IMG/VR virus record: IMGVR_UViG_3300009095_000034
Location: 1-39,040 of that record
Strand: one strand, 5' to 3'
DNA from: a virus
Lineage: Duplodnaviria > Caudoviricetes
DNA length: 39,040 nt
Of this stretch, positions 17,969 to 27,090 are shown piece after piece. The position numbers and the translations under genes were made by a program. Position 1 is the first letter of the stretch, and every line of letters begins with the position of its first letter. The notes beneath the pieces are model-generated. The model worked only from the letters and a program-made list of their open reading frames with translations. It was not told the DNA's origin and ran no database searches.

Positions 17969-18391
17969 TCACGCGGGCGCTGAAGCGGCGCGGCGCGGAG
18001 GGCGGATCGCGAGCGCGTAGCTGGCCTGATAGCGGTGCAGCGTGTCCGGCTGGTCGTTCGTGCGGAGCTCGCTCGGCGACGCCTCCTCGCGGAAGTACGC
18101 AAGGTGGCCGAAGTCGGTCACGGTCTGGCGTTCCCACGCCTGAAACAGCGCAACACGCACATCTTCGGCGAGGTCGGCCGCGCCCGCCCGGCTCGTGTGC
18201 CACACGTCAACCGACATGACCGGCTGATCAAGGAACCGAGAGTCGATCGCGGCGCCGCCGACGCGGCGCACCACCACGAACGGCAACCGGTCGGCGACGT
18301 CGTCCGGGATGAGCGTTCCGAACCCGACTCCCGGGAACGCGGGTCGCAGCAGCGCGAGCGCGAGCCGCTCAGCGTCCGGTAGCAGTCGCAC
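17969..18391 (-). CDS. Tail terminator
   Basis: LLPDAERL, PFVVVRRVGG, VDVW, HRYQASY; synteny. Confidence 0.8.
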   Translation of the reverse strand: MRLLPDAERLALALLRPAFPGVGFGTLIPDDVADRLPFVVVRRVGGAAIDSRFLDQPVMSVDVWHTSRAGAADLAEDVRVALFQAWERQTVTDFGHLAYFREEASPSELRTNDQPDTLHRYQASYALAIRPPRRAASAPA

Positions 18392-18400
18392 GGGTGCCCC

Positions 18401-18688
18401 CTATCGAGCGGCGTTGATCAGGATGTGGAGCCCCTGGATCACGCGGCCGTCGCGCCGCACGCCGCCGAGCTCGATCGCGGCGGCGGCGCCGTGCGGGTCT
18501 TCCAGATGGACGAGGTAGTCCGGAGAGCGGCTCTCGACGCTGATGCGGGCCGACCCGGTGTCTCGGTGTGCGGCGAGCCCCGCACGGGCGCGAGAGGCGA
18601 TCTGACGGCCCTTCGCGGCCACTTCGGCGCGCACCCCCGGAAGGCGGGCGACGTCGCGAGGCGCGAACTCGCTCACCCACACCATCAC
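18401..18688 (-). CDS. Neck/tail completion protein
   Basis: AAAAIELG...GLHILINAA; synteny. Confidence 0.75.
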   Translation of the reverse strand: MMVWVSEFAPRDVARLPGVRAEVAAKGRQIASRARAGLAAHRDTGSARISVESRSPDYLVHLEDPHGAAAAIELGGVRRDGRVIQGLHILINAAR

Positions 18689-19020
18689 GCACCCACCCGG
18701 CGGACGTAGAGCACGTAGTGATGCAGCCCGGCCGGGGAATCATGCCGACGCGGATCGCCGACGAGCTCGTACTCCCGGCCTTCCCACACGACATGTGACC
18801 AGGCGTCGAGCCCGGCCGCCTCCGGCCGGACGAACACCCGGTAGCGGGTCTCCCGGACCTGCCCGTCGGTGATGTCCTCCGACGGCTCCAACGGCTGGAC
18901 ATAGGCCGGTACCGGCGCCCCGGGCGTGCCGGGAACGCGGACGCGGTTGCCGTAGTCGTCGAGCTGATCAACCGAGGTCACCGGCTGCACGCGGTGCGGG
19001 AGTAGGTGGTCACCGATCAC
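18685..19020 (-). CDS. Head-to-tail stopper
   Basis: LDDYGN, AYVQP, VVWEGREYELVGDP. Confidence 0.82.
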   Translation of the reverse strand: MIGDHLLPHRVQPVTSVDQLDDYGNRVRVPGTPGAPVPAYVQPLEPSEDITDGQVRETRYRVFVRPEAAGLDAWSHVVWEGREYELVGDPRRHDSPAGLHHYVLYVRRVGA

Positions 19021-19126
19021 GTTCGCGCCTCCGTTTCCGCAGTGGACGAACGCCGGTTGTGTTTGTGCTGGTCAGCTCGTGCCGGCTAGACGGTGATCAA
19101 GGCCGCGGAGCACCCGGGCCGGAAGT

Positions 19127-19291
19127 TCAGAACTCCTCGTCCGGGTCGTCCGGCGTGAGCAACACGGCGGTGTTGCCCAACCCGACGCCGAGCGCGACCA
19201 GGGCGAGCGCCGTCGCGCCGTCCCCGAGGACGCCGAGGATCAACGCGGCGAACGCGAGCACGACGATCACCCAGACGAGAACGGTCCTCAC
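19127..19291 (-). CDS. Small 2-TM membrane protein (54 aa, not in ORF track)
   Basis: GTGA overlap with the adaptor stop; VRTVLVWVIVVLAFAALILGVLGDGATALALVALGVGLGNTAVLLTPDDPDEEF. Confidence 0.65.
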   Translation of the reverse strand: MRTVLVWVIVVLAFAALILGVLGDGATALALVALGVGLGNTAVLLTPDDPDEEF

Positions 19292-19833
19292 GGGATCGAC
19301 ACCCACAGCACACCGACATCCGGGACGCGGTAGCGGTCGAGGACAGCGCGGTCGGTGCGGTCGACGATGACCCGGCGGGCGATTGCCGACTCCGGCAAGC
19401 CGTAGGAGTACTCACCGATGGTTTCCCGCGAGTACAGCGGCGCGGCCGGGCTCGTCGCGAGCCCGCGCAGCACCATCGCGGCGACCACCGACCGGATGTC
19501 GTCCGGCGTCTGGTCGTAGCCGTGGGTGTAGGTGATGGTCACCTCGCACCCGTAGACACCGCGCAGCACCGGGCCGACGAGGTCCGGTTCGTCGACCGGC
19601 TCGCCGTTGACCGACAGCACGTCCACGACCGGCCGTTGCGGGAGCTGCACCCGGCCGCCCTGCACGGGAAGCGTCACGGTGGACGTGCCCCGCGTGATGT
19701 GCTGCCCGGTGTAGCCGCGCACCTCCGCCGACGCGTCGGTGATCAGCGCCTCCACGCGGGCGGCTTCGTCTGTGGTGAGGGGGCGCCCGAGACGCGCCTC
19801 GATGTCCTGGGAGGTGATCAACGGGTCTGCCAC
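19288..19833 (-). CDS. Head-to-tail adaptor
   Basis: DIEARLGRPL..LITDASAEVR; LPQRPV; TYTHGY..PDDI; ETIGEYSY. Confidence 0.85.
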   Translation of the reverse strand: MADPLITSQDIEARLGRPLTTDEAARVEALITDASAEVRGYTGQHITRGTSTVTLPVQGGRVQLPQRPVVDVLSVNGEPVDEPDLVGPVLRGVYGCEVTITYTHGYDQTPDDIRSVVAAMVLRGLATSPAAPLYSRETIGEYSYGLPESAIARRVIVDRTDRAVLDRYRVPDVGVLWVSIP

Positions 19834-19848
19834 GAACGCCCCCTCGCC

Positions 19849-20019
19849 TTACTTCGACTCCGCCGACGTGGTGCGGCGGCGTCGCGTCTTCGATGCCGTG
19901 TCAGCGTCCGGAGTCGACGGCGACTCGTCGGCCGCCTTCCATCCGGCGGCGAGATACCGCGTGGCGGTCTCCTCGCCGATGGTGACCACGGTTCCTGTCT
20001 GCGGGTTACGGACTCGCAT
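19849..20019 (-). CDS. Small virion-gene-cluster protein (56 aa, not in ORF track)
   Basis: MRVRNPQTGTVVTIGEETATRYLAAGWK...; typical position just after the capsid gene. Confidence 0.7.
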   Translation of the reverse strand: MRVRNPQTGTVVTIGEETATRYLAAGWKAADESPSTPDADTASKTRRRRTTSAESK

Positions 20020-20033
20020 CACGAATCACCCGC

Positions 20034-20951
20034 TCACGCGGCGGCCGGGGTGTCGACGTACTCGACGAACGACTCCGGGTCGGCGACGACGAGGCCGTAC
20101 TCCGCTTCGGCGCGCAGGGCAACGAGGTTGTTCTCCCACAACGAGGTGAGCGTCCCGTCGATCGTGACGGCGGTCTCGTTGGACACGGTGAACGTGATGT
20201 CGCTGCCGATGCCGTAGGCGACCTTGGACCAGTCGCCGCCGATGATCCGCAGGTTCGCCGCCGCGCCGGACGGTCCGGCGACACCCTCGGAGATCCCGGC
20301 GGGGCGGCCGATCAGGCGGTTCCCAACGGTCTCGTCGGCCGGAGCGTCCACCCAGATCGGGCGGCCGTTGAGGTCCACGCTGGACAGGAGAACGGGTTCC
20401 GCCTTCGGGTCGACCGCGAACCCGGTCAGCCGCTTGTCGTCGTTCACCAGCAGCGACAGCCCCGCGACGATGTCGCCGTAGGTGCCGCCGCTGTCCCGAC
20501 TGGTGGTGCCCAGCTCCACGCTCTTGGTGGTCTGCGTGAGGAAGCTCGGGAACGGCCCGGCGGTGCCGTCGTGCGACAGGCCGTGGATCGCCGCGAGGTC
20601 GAACGCGGTCGCGAACGCTTCCTTGATCTGCGGCCGGATGTTCGCATACAGCTTCGTCGGGTCGGACCGGACGTACTCCATGCTGAACACGACGATGCAG
20701 GCGAGCTTCTTCCGGTCCATGAACACGAAGTTCGACCCGGCGTTGGTGGTCGGCTTGCGGGCGCCTTCCGCAACCCAACCGGCGACCGGCTTCTCCGTGG
20801 TGATCGGGATCATGGTCCCGTTCTCCGGGAGGTTCACCCGGCGGGCGAGCTTCTGCACGACCGATTCCCGTGCGACGTCGTCGAAAATGGACTCCGAGAT
20901 CGAGCGGGGGAACTGCTGCGAGCCCGCCTCCGGGAGCGTGATCGGGGGCAT
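20034..20951 (-). CDS. Major capsid protein (HK97 fold)
   Basis: AGWVAEGARKP, KKLACIVVFSME, FDLAAIHG, GDWS, SLWENNLVALRAEAEYG. Confidence 0.95.
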   Translation of the reverse strand: MPPITLPEAGSQQFPRSISESIFDDVARESVVQKLARRVNLPENGTMIPITTEKPVAGWVAEGARKPTTNAGSNFVFMDRKKLACIVVFSMEYVRSDPTKLYANIRPQIKEAFATAFDLAAIHGLSHDGTAGPFPSFLTQTTKSVELGTTSRDSGGTYGDIVAGLSLLVNDDKRLTGFAVDPKAEPVLLSSVDLNGRPIWVDAPADETVGNRLIGRPAGISEGVAGPSGAAANLRIIGGDWSKVAYGIGSDITFTVSNETAVTIDGTLTSLWENNLVALRAEAEYGLVVADPESFVEYVDTPAAA

Positions 20952-20963
20952 GATGCACCTGCC

Positions 20964-21509
20964 TTACTTGAGATTCTGCGTGATCAACTGTCCGAATAGG
21001 TCGGCAGGACTGGACCGGGTCGCGCCTCGCGCACCCTGGCCGAGATCAGCCGCCCGGCGCGGCGTCTCCTGCGCCGGAGCAAGCTCGTTCAACCACGACA
21101 CGATGGCGTCGCGATCGACCTCGCCGTCCTCGGTGAGGAACCGGCTCCGGTCGACATTCGCGATCAGAGCGTCCACATTGAGCGGGCGGCCCGATGCGGC
21201 CGAGCGGATCTCCGCGTCGACCAGGCGCCCGGCCATCTCGCGCATGGCTTCCGCACGTCCGGTGTCCCGCGCTTCGGCCACGGCTCGTTCCTGCTCGGTC
21301 ATCGCCTGGCGGCGGAGCTTGTCGAGCTCGCGGCGAAGCTCGTTGCGCTCGCGCTTCATGCGGTCGAGCGCACGCTTGCCCGCGTCGCCGAGCTGCTCCT
21401 CCTCCGACGTTTCCTGCGCAGCGTCCGCCGACTCCGTTGCGGAGTCCTCGGTCGGCGCGTCGGCCGTCTCGGCGGTCTCGTCCGGGGTCGTGGTGTTCTC
21501 GGTGTCCAT
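20964..21509 (-). CDS. Scaffolding protein
   Basis: Acidic N-terminus, LGDAGKRALDRMKRER, MTEQERAVAEA, DLGQGAR; upstream of the capsid gene. Confidence 0.88.
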   Translation of the reverse strand: MDTENTTTPDETAETADAPTEDSATESADAAQETSEEEQLGDAGKRALDRMKRERNELRRELDKLRRQAMTEQERAVAEARDTGRAEAMREMAGRLVDAEIRSAASGRPLNVDALIANVDRSRFLTEDGEVDRDAIVSWLNELAPAQETPRRAADLGQGARGATRSSPADLFGQLITQNLK

Positions 21510-21592
21510 CCTGTTTCCTCCCGTTGCGGGTAGCCAAAACGACGCCCGTTGCGGGCGCGTGCGTCCACGAAGGACGGTCTAGGAATGCGGCG

Positions 21593-22405
21593 TCACGCCG
21601 CGTCGGAGGCGACCTCGTCGGGGCCACGAAAATGGTCGCCCTCCTCGCGGAGAACGGGTCCGAGCTCGCCGTGTTCGTGCACCGTGTACCGGGCGCGCTT
21701 GAGCTTTTCCATGCTCGTTCCGCCCGCCCGGCGGTACAGCTCGTCCAGCTCGGAGCGGTTCAGCGACCGACCGGGGTCATTGGCGCCGATGATCGGCATG
21801 GTGGTGCACTTGCAGTGCGTGTGCAGCGGCATAAGGTCGCTCTTGTGGTACACCCGGTCGGACGCCGCCACGCACAACCCGCACGACCCCCCGGCCGACA
21901 ACTCCGGGTGCAACACCCGCCGGTACCCGGTCACGCCCGGCGTGCGCCGGTACACCTGGCGGGACGCTTCCCGTGCGGCGAGCGACAAATCGTCGTCGAC
22001 GATCAGGCGAGCGCGGCGGACGGCGCGGTCTCTGGCCGTGTCCTCGTCGAGCCCGTCGGCGATGTGGCGCCGGTACTCGGCGGGCACACGGGCCAGCACG
22101 TCACGGTGTGACGTGCCGCCGCGCAACCGTGCCGGATCGACCCGCACCCCAACGGGGGCGGTCGCACGGCCGCGCATCTCGCCGATGACGCGGGCGAGGT
22201 AGGCGTCCGTGGTGGACGCCGTCCGCGACTGCGCGGGTTCGACGATCCGGGCCAACGCGTCCACTAGGCGGCGAACCTGCTCCGGGGTCGTGAAGTCCGA
22301 CCACCTGCGGACGAGCTCGGCCACCTGGCGGAGCACCGAAGCGCGGACCTTGTCGCGTTGCGCGGCCTGCGCGTCGACCAGGCGGACGAGATTACGGCTC
22401 GCCAT
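21593..22405 (-). CDS. Minor head / capsid maturation protein (MuF-like)
   Basis: GYRRVLHPELS..SCGLC..ASDR..PLHTHCKC. Confidence 0.82.
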   Translation of the reverse strand: MASRNLVRLVDAQAAQRDKVRASVLRQVAELVRRWSDFTTPEQVRRLVDALARIVEPAQSRTASTTDAYLARVIGEMRGRATAPVGVRVDPARLRGGTSHRDVLARVPAEYRRHIADGLDEDTARDRAVRRARLIVDDDLSLAAREASRQVYRRTPGVTGYRRVLHPELSAGGSCGLCVAASDRVYHKSDLMPLHTHCKCTTMPIIGANDPGRSLNRSELDELYRRAGGTSMEKLKRARYTVHEHGELGPVLREEGDHFRGPDEVASDAA

Positions 22406-23792
22406 TGGTGATCGGCTCCACCGTGGGCAGTCCGGAGAGCTCGGCGTCGAGCAGTTCGCCGGAGCGGTCCGCCTCGTCGCGGGCGATCGACTGCGGCGTC
22501 ATCTGCAACACGTCACGCTGCAAAGTCCTCCGGCTGACAACGTCTTTCAGCTTCCCGGCGGCGTCGGCAAGCTCCGACAGGGTGTGGCGCTTCGGGTTGG
22601 CCCAAAGGACTTCGAGGTCCGGCCGGCGTGCACGGGCTTCGTCGCCGAGCACCTCGAACGCAAGCGACATCACGGCTTCCCAGCTCTCGCCCGCCTGCAA
22701 CAGCCGGTTCCCGACCTTCGCCACAAGGCCAGACTCCGTCACCGTGTAGGCGTCGGCGGAGACGTTGACGAGCTCGGCGAGCAGGTATGACGGCGGCGTG
22801 CGGGTGATCGCGCCGAGCGCCCGGACATCCTCGGACACCGCGTCAAGTAGGGGCTTGAGGTTGACCTCGTCGAACTCGCCGAGATCGACCCCGGCAGGCA
22901 GAGCCCACACCGCGCCCGCCGACGCCGACAGCATTGACGACAAGTCGATCGGGTTTCCCTCGGCGTCCTTCGTGGACACGCCCTTGATCCAGCGCTGCCG
23001 GAACGCCTGCATCGAGGCGACGACCAGGCGGTCAAGGATGGTGTGGTTGATCCGGTCCTGAATGTCGAGGACGTCCTCGAACTCGCCTTGCGTCTCGCCG
23101 AACAGGTTCTCCCGGTTCGCGAAGCGCACCACCGGGACGCGGGACAGTGGCAACGCGCCGGAGAGCTCCTCGTCGACATCCCACGCCGACCCGTCGAACG
23201 TGCCGTCCTCGGTCACACCCGAGCTCTTGCGGCGGCGGTGGAAGTGCCACACCTCGCCAGGCAGGTACAGGACGATCCGGTCCTCCTGCCGGATGTCGTG
23301 AGACCAGGTCTTGAGCGCGGCGTCCACGCTGCGCCGACGGCCCGGCGCGGATGCGGTGATGACCTGTCGCGGGTCCTCCGGCGTGATGAGCGGGATGTCG
23401 TCCTCGACGGCCGGAGGGCCGACGATCGCGTACGACTCGCCCATGACGACCGACGCCTCATGCACGAGCCCGGCGTCCGCGTCGAGCTGGTTTGCCTGCC
23501 AGATGCGCCACGCTGCCTCGTCGCCGATCTCGTCGCGGTCGGCGCCCGTGCGGAACCCGACGACGTTCATGCGCTCCGTGACCGCGCTCGCGACGAGGCC
23601 GACGTAGTTCGTGCGCGCCTTGCGCTGCAACCGCCGGTAGGCATTCGGGCACTGCTCGGCGCCCTGCGGGAGCGGGTGGTCCCCGCGTTGGTAGGCGTCG
23701 AGGAGGTCGTAACGCGCCTGGCGGGCGCCGAGCTCGGTCGCGAGCCTCTTCGCCCACCAGCCCGGCGAGCCCGGTGTCTCCGTGTCGATCAC
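22392..23792 (-). CDS. Portal protein (SPP1-like)
   Basis: GTG start after GGGAGG; IWQANQLDA, VPVVRFANR, GEFEDVLDIQDRIN, AFRQRW. Confidence 0.93.
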   Translation of the reverse strand: MIDTETPGSPGWWAKRLATELGARQARYDLLDAYQRGDHPLPQGAEQCPNAYRRLQRKARTNYVGLVASAVTERMNVVGFRTGADRDEIGDEAAWRIWQANQLDADAGLVHEASVVMGESYAIVGPPAVEDDIPLITPEDPRQVITASAPGRRRSVDAALKTWSHDIRQEDRIVLYLPGEVWHFHRRRKSSGVTEDGTFDGSAWDVDEELSGALPLSRVPVVRFANRENLFGETQGEFEDVLDIQDRINHTILDRLVVASMQAFRQRWIKGVSTKDAEGNPIDLSSMLSASAGAVWALPAGVDLGEFDEVNLKPLLDAVSEDVRALGAITRTPPSYLLAELVNVSADAYTVTESGLVAKVGNRLLQAGESWEAVMSLAFEVLGDEARARRPDLEVLWANPKRHTLSELADAAGKLKDVVSRRTLQRDVLQMTPQSIARDEADRSGELLDAELSGLPTVEPITNGEP

Positions 23793-23903
23793 GCAGACCT
23801 CCCATGTGGACACCCAGCGACCAGGTCGACACGTACCGTATCGATCTTGTTTGTGGTTGCTGATCCATTTCGGTGATATGAACTGCGCCGCCGGTAGCGG
23901 TAT

Positions 23904-24161
23904 GTGAACATCCCGCGCATGACGAACAAGCATCGTGCTCCGGAACCGGACACCACCGACGTCGTGAACGTGCAGCTCGACTGGATGGACGACGCGGACC
24001 GGGTGGCGTTCGAACGCATGGCCCAAACCCAAGGCGTCGACCTCGGGCGGCTTATCGCGGATTACGCCGTTCGTGGACTTCACCAGCGGGGGAACGTCAA
24101 CTACGGCAGCGCCGGAACCGTCCTGCAAACCGGCAACATCTCCGGCGGCCTTCGCCTATGA
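23904..24161 (+). CDS. Small protein: ribbon-helix-helix-like core plus C-terminal RHIM/BASS-like motif
   Basis: VNVQLDWMDDADRVAFERMAQTQGVDLGRLIADYAVRGL then GNVNYGSAGTVLQTGNISGGLRL; start may be ATG 23919. Confidence 0.68.
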   Translation: MNIPRMTNKHRAPEPDTTDVVNVQLDWMDDADRVAFERMAQTQGVDLGRLIADYAVRGLHQRGNVNYGSAGTVLQTGNISGGLRL

Positions 24162-24349
24162 GCCTTCGCCGCCCGCGCATGACCAATGAGGACGGGTGGC
24201 GCACCTCCACAACCGACTTCTCGCGTGGCCCCATCCTGATCGCGATCGGCCTGGTGCTCATGGCCGCCGGAGACCTGGTTTTCGACCAGTGGGCGAGCTA
24301 CTTCGTCGGGCTCGTGGTTCTCATCGCGGGCATCCTCAACGCGATCTGA
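24158..24349 (+). CDS. Small 2-TM membrane protein
   Basis: ATGA overlap; ILIAIGLVLMAAG and YFVGLVVLIAGILNAI. Confidence 0.68.
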   Translation: MSLRRPRMTNEDGWRTSTTDFSRGPILIAIGLVLMAAGDLVFDQWASYFVGLVVLIAGILNAI

Positions 24350-24381
24350 CCGGGGACCGGCGGACGGGGTCTGCGGCATGG

Positions 24382-26022
24382 TCACCGCACCCGCACGATG
24401 TCGGCGGGTGATGCCAGCGCCGGAGCCCTCCGCGCCTGGAGGGCTCCGGCCGCCAGCGCATCCCCCCGCGCCTCCCACGCCAACACGAGCGACATCGCAA
24501 GGTCGATCTTGTGAGGCGAGTCCGGCCGAGCCTTCTCGATCCTCCACAGCGGCGCGCCGTCCTCGTCCCTCACGGACAGGTCTTTCCGGCGCGCATTCGC
24601 CACGTGAGCCGTCAGCTCGCGGTCCCCGGTATGCCGGAGCCCGCCCGTCTCGATCGCCGTCGCCAGCGTCCGACAGGCGTACGCCGTCGGCCGCTGCCGG
24701 TTCGTCCACCACTCCACGACGCGGCGCTCCCCGAACTCGCCCGACCACCGTCGTAGCGCGTCCTGCCAGAACGGCGGGTCGCCGTACATGCGCCACACGT
24801 CGAACCGCTCGAAGATATCGGAGACGGCCGCGTCGACCTCGTCCTCCGGCACCTCCCAGTCGGCATCATCGGGCAGGTGCGCCGGACGCTGCCAGCAACC
24901 CCACGGCACCACGAGCCCCGACTCGACGCCCACGACGACGAGCCCGGTCGCGTCCCGTCGGCGAGCACCGTCGAACCCGACCGTGACGAGCTCACCATCC
25001 GGCAGCATCGCGCCCGGCTCGGCGAGCTTCGACCACGCCCGCACGTCGAACGCCTGCCGCGCCGACTGAACCGTCCTGTTGAGCCACACGCGCTCTAAGT
25101 ACGGCCCGTCCGCGCCCGGACGTGCCCACTGCGCCGCGACCGCGTCCACGTCCGACCACTCCGCAGCCGGGCCGCGAGCCTCCCGCACAGCCGCCACACG
25201 GCCCGCGTGCGAGTCGAGGTCATGCTTGCCCCCAGCGAAGCGGTGGAAGAAGAACAGGCTCGGGTTGTCGAGCTTGCCCTCGTCGATCATCACGGCTTCG
25301 TCATACGTGGCTTCCGCGACCGAACCCGCGCCCGGCTCGAACGCCGTCGTCACCTCCAGCGCCCACGGATCGGCGAGCGGTCGTTTCGGCAGGTTCCCGA
25401 GCATCGTCTCGTGGGCCTGCCGCAAACGCGGCAACGTCATCCGGTGCGTCTCGTCGAACCCCTGAAACGTCGTGCGCGCACCGTCACGCGAGTTCGGGCT
25501 CCCTGCAAGGGGAACCGCCTTGCCCTCACCGTTGGCGCGCATGATCCGCGTGAGCCCGATGTCGAACAGATCCGCGTCCGGTCCTTCCGAACACACCACG
25601 TAGAGAGCGCCGAACGCCAACTCCTCCGTCTGCTCGGCCGTGTACGCGACGAGCGGGATGTACGGGTCCGACACCGGACGGCCGACCGGCTGTCCGTTCG
25701 CGTCGAACCCGTCGCACCGAACCGGCGCCTCCGGATGCAACTCCGCGTAGGCGATCCAGGCCATGAACTCCGTCTTGGCCGTGCCCTTCGGCCACGACAA
25801 CCCGACGCGGGAGAACCGGCGTCGACCCGCACGAGGATGCCCCGGCGGGAACACCTCGTAGGCACGGTAGATCGCGCCCCTTTTCTCAGCGTCCAACGTG
25901 GCCGGTTGCCCCCGAAGGTCGCCCGGACCGAACACCGCCCGCTCCTCAAGGAACGACACGACCTGCGGTCCCAGCGTCGGCCACGGCTCCGGGTCCGGCT
26001 TCGGAACGATCAGCGTCGCCAC
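24382..26022 (-). CDS. terL: Terminase large subunit
   Basis: WPTLGPQV, Walker A-like PKGTAKT, FDETH Walker B, VGFDG nuclease, KIDLAM. Confidence 0.95.
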   Translation of the reverse strand: MATLIVPKPDPEPWPTLGPQVVSFLEERAVFGPGDLRGQPATLDAEKRGAIYRAYEVFPPGHPRAGRRRFSRVGLSWPKGTAKTEFMAWIAYAELHPEAPVRCDGFDANGQPVGRPVSDPYIPLVAYTAEQTEELAFGALYVVCSEGPDADLFDIGLTRIMRANGEGKAVPLAGSPNSRDGARTTFQGFDETHRMTLPRLRQAHETMLGNLPKRPLADPWALEVTTAFEPGAGSVAEATYDEAVMIDEGKLDNPSLFFFHRFAGGKHDLDSHAGRVAAVREARGPAAEWSDVDAVAAQWARPGADGPYLERVWLNRTVQSARQAFDVRAWSKLAEPGAMLPDGELVTVGFDGARRRDATGLVVVGVESGLVVPWGCWQRPAHLPDDADWEVPEDEVDAAVSDIFERFDVWRMYGDPPFWQDALRRWSGEFGERRVVEWWTNRQRPTAYACRTLATAIETGGLRHTGDRELTAHVANARRKDLSVRDEDGAPLWRIEKARPDSPHKIDLAMSLVLAWEARGDALAAGALQARRAPALASPADIVRVR

Positions 26023-26023
26023 G

Positions 26024-26494
26024 TCACGTCGCCGCGTACAGCACAGCGCGAGGATCGCTCCCCGCCTCCACCGGTTCGATCGTCCGCGCCCGGCGCTGAC
26101 GGCCGCGATCCTGCGCCGCCTCCGTCGCCTCGATCTGCCATTGCAGACGACGCCGGTCGTACGGGCTCAATCCGAACCGCTGCTCCTGCAACCTGATTTC
26201 GGCCGCGAGCTCGGCACGAACCCGAGGCTTTTCCGGCGGCACCCGCCAGAAATCGTCATGCAGCGCCGCCAGCATGTAGAGCCCGTGCGTATCCGACGTG
26301 CGCTCGAACTCCGGAGCCATCGGCGACGCCCAGATGTCCGCCCACCACTGCAAGGTGAACGGGTGCCAATCCTGGTCGGCGCGCTCCGGCAGCGGCGGCG
26401 CCACGACGTCATGGTCACGGACCAACGTCGCATGTGTACTCGTCTTGTTCGTCCGGCGGCGAGTCGCCGGGTTCTTCGGCGGTGGACCGGGCAT
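26024..26494 (-). CDS. terS: Terminase small subunit
   Basis: MPGPPPKNP..RRRTNK, WHPFT..WW..IWASPMA, FGLSPYDRRRLQW; GGGAGG RBS. Confidence 0.88.
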   Translation of the reverse strand: MPGPPPKNPATRRRTNKTSTHATLVRDHDVVAPPLPERADQDWHPFTLQWWADIWASPMAPEFERTSDTHGLYMLAALHDDFWRVPPEKPRVRAELAAEIRLQEQRFGLSPYDRRRLQWQIEATEAAQDRGRQRRARTIEPVEAGSDPRAVLYAAT

Positions 26495-26641
26495 GTCTGC
26501 ACACCTCCCGTTGCGGGCGCTAGTCGCCATTGCGGCATCGCTAGCCGGTGAGTGCGGGGCGAAGAGTCGGCGCATTGAGCAGCCGACCGAGACTGTCCAC
26601 GATGTACACTATGTACACTTAACCGCAGGTCAGCGGCTTAT

Positions 26642-27010
26642 ATGGCATACTCCGCGGCTATGACAGCCGATCATCAGTCCTTGGCGAGTAAGCCCCTGGC
26701 GATCGTGGCGGCGATCGTCTCCGGCGTGCGCCTGGTCGCCACATGCCTACGCAGACGACAGGCTCCGGAGTGCCAGTGCAGCAACGTCCGGTGGACCCGG
26801 AGCGAGATCGCCGAGCACTTCCAGCTCTCCCACGCGCAGACGCGGGACCGTCTCCGGCGGTGGAACGTGGGCGCCGTCGGCTACGAATGGCGGCCGACAG
26901 CGTGCGGTCCACGCCAGACCGCGATCTACGACGCGGCCGAAGTGCGGCGCGTGTTCCACGCCCGAGGGTTGATCTCGCGGTCAAGCAGAACAGAGCGTGA
27001 CCGTGTGTAA
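26642..27010 (+). CDS. Hypothetical protein with probable HTH
   Basis: WTRSEIAEHFQLSHAQTRDRLRRW...AIYDAAEVRR; counter-oriented; start uncertain. Confidence 0.5.
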   Translation: MAYSAAMTADHQSLASKPLAIVAAIVSGVRLVATCLRRRQAPECQCSNVRWTRSEIAEHFQLSHAQTRDRLRRWNVGAVGYEWRPTACGPRQTAIYDAAEVRRVFHARGLISRSSRTERDRV

Positions 27011-27090
27011 CCGTGTATCCCGTAGGCGCGGGAAAGTGCAGAACCGGCGCGGGAGCCCGCTGCCCTGCGAGGGGGTCACCCCCTACCCTC
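27011..27090 (-). other. Candidate cos/packaging-site region
   Basis: Non-coding gap downstream of HNH and upstream of terS with GGGGGTGACCCCC dyad; position is typical of HNH-associated cos phages. Confidence 0.4.

Noticed and set aside
23793-24128. N-terminal extension of the portal in the ORF track
   Set aside because: Good RBS and GTG at 23792; the extension overlaps the + strand insert
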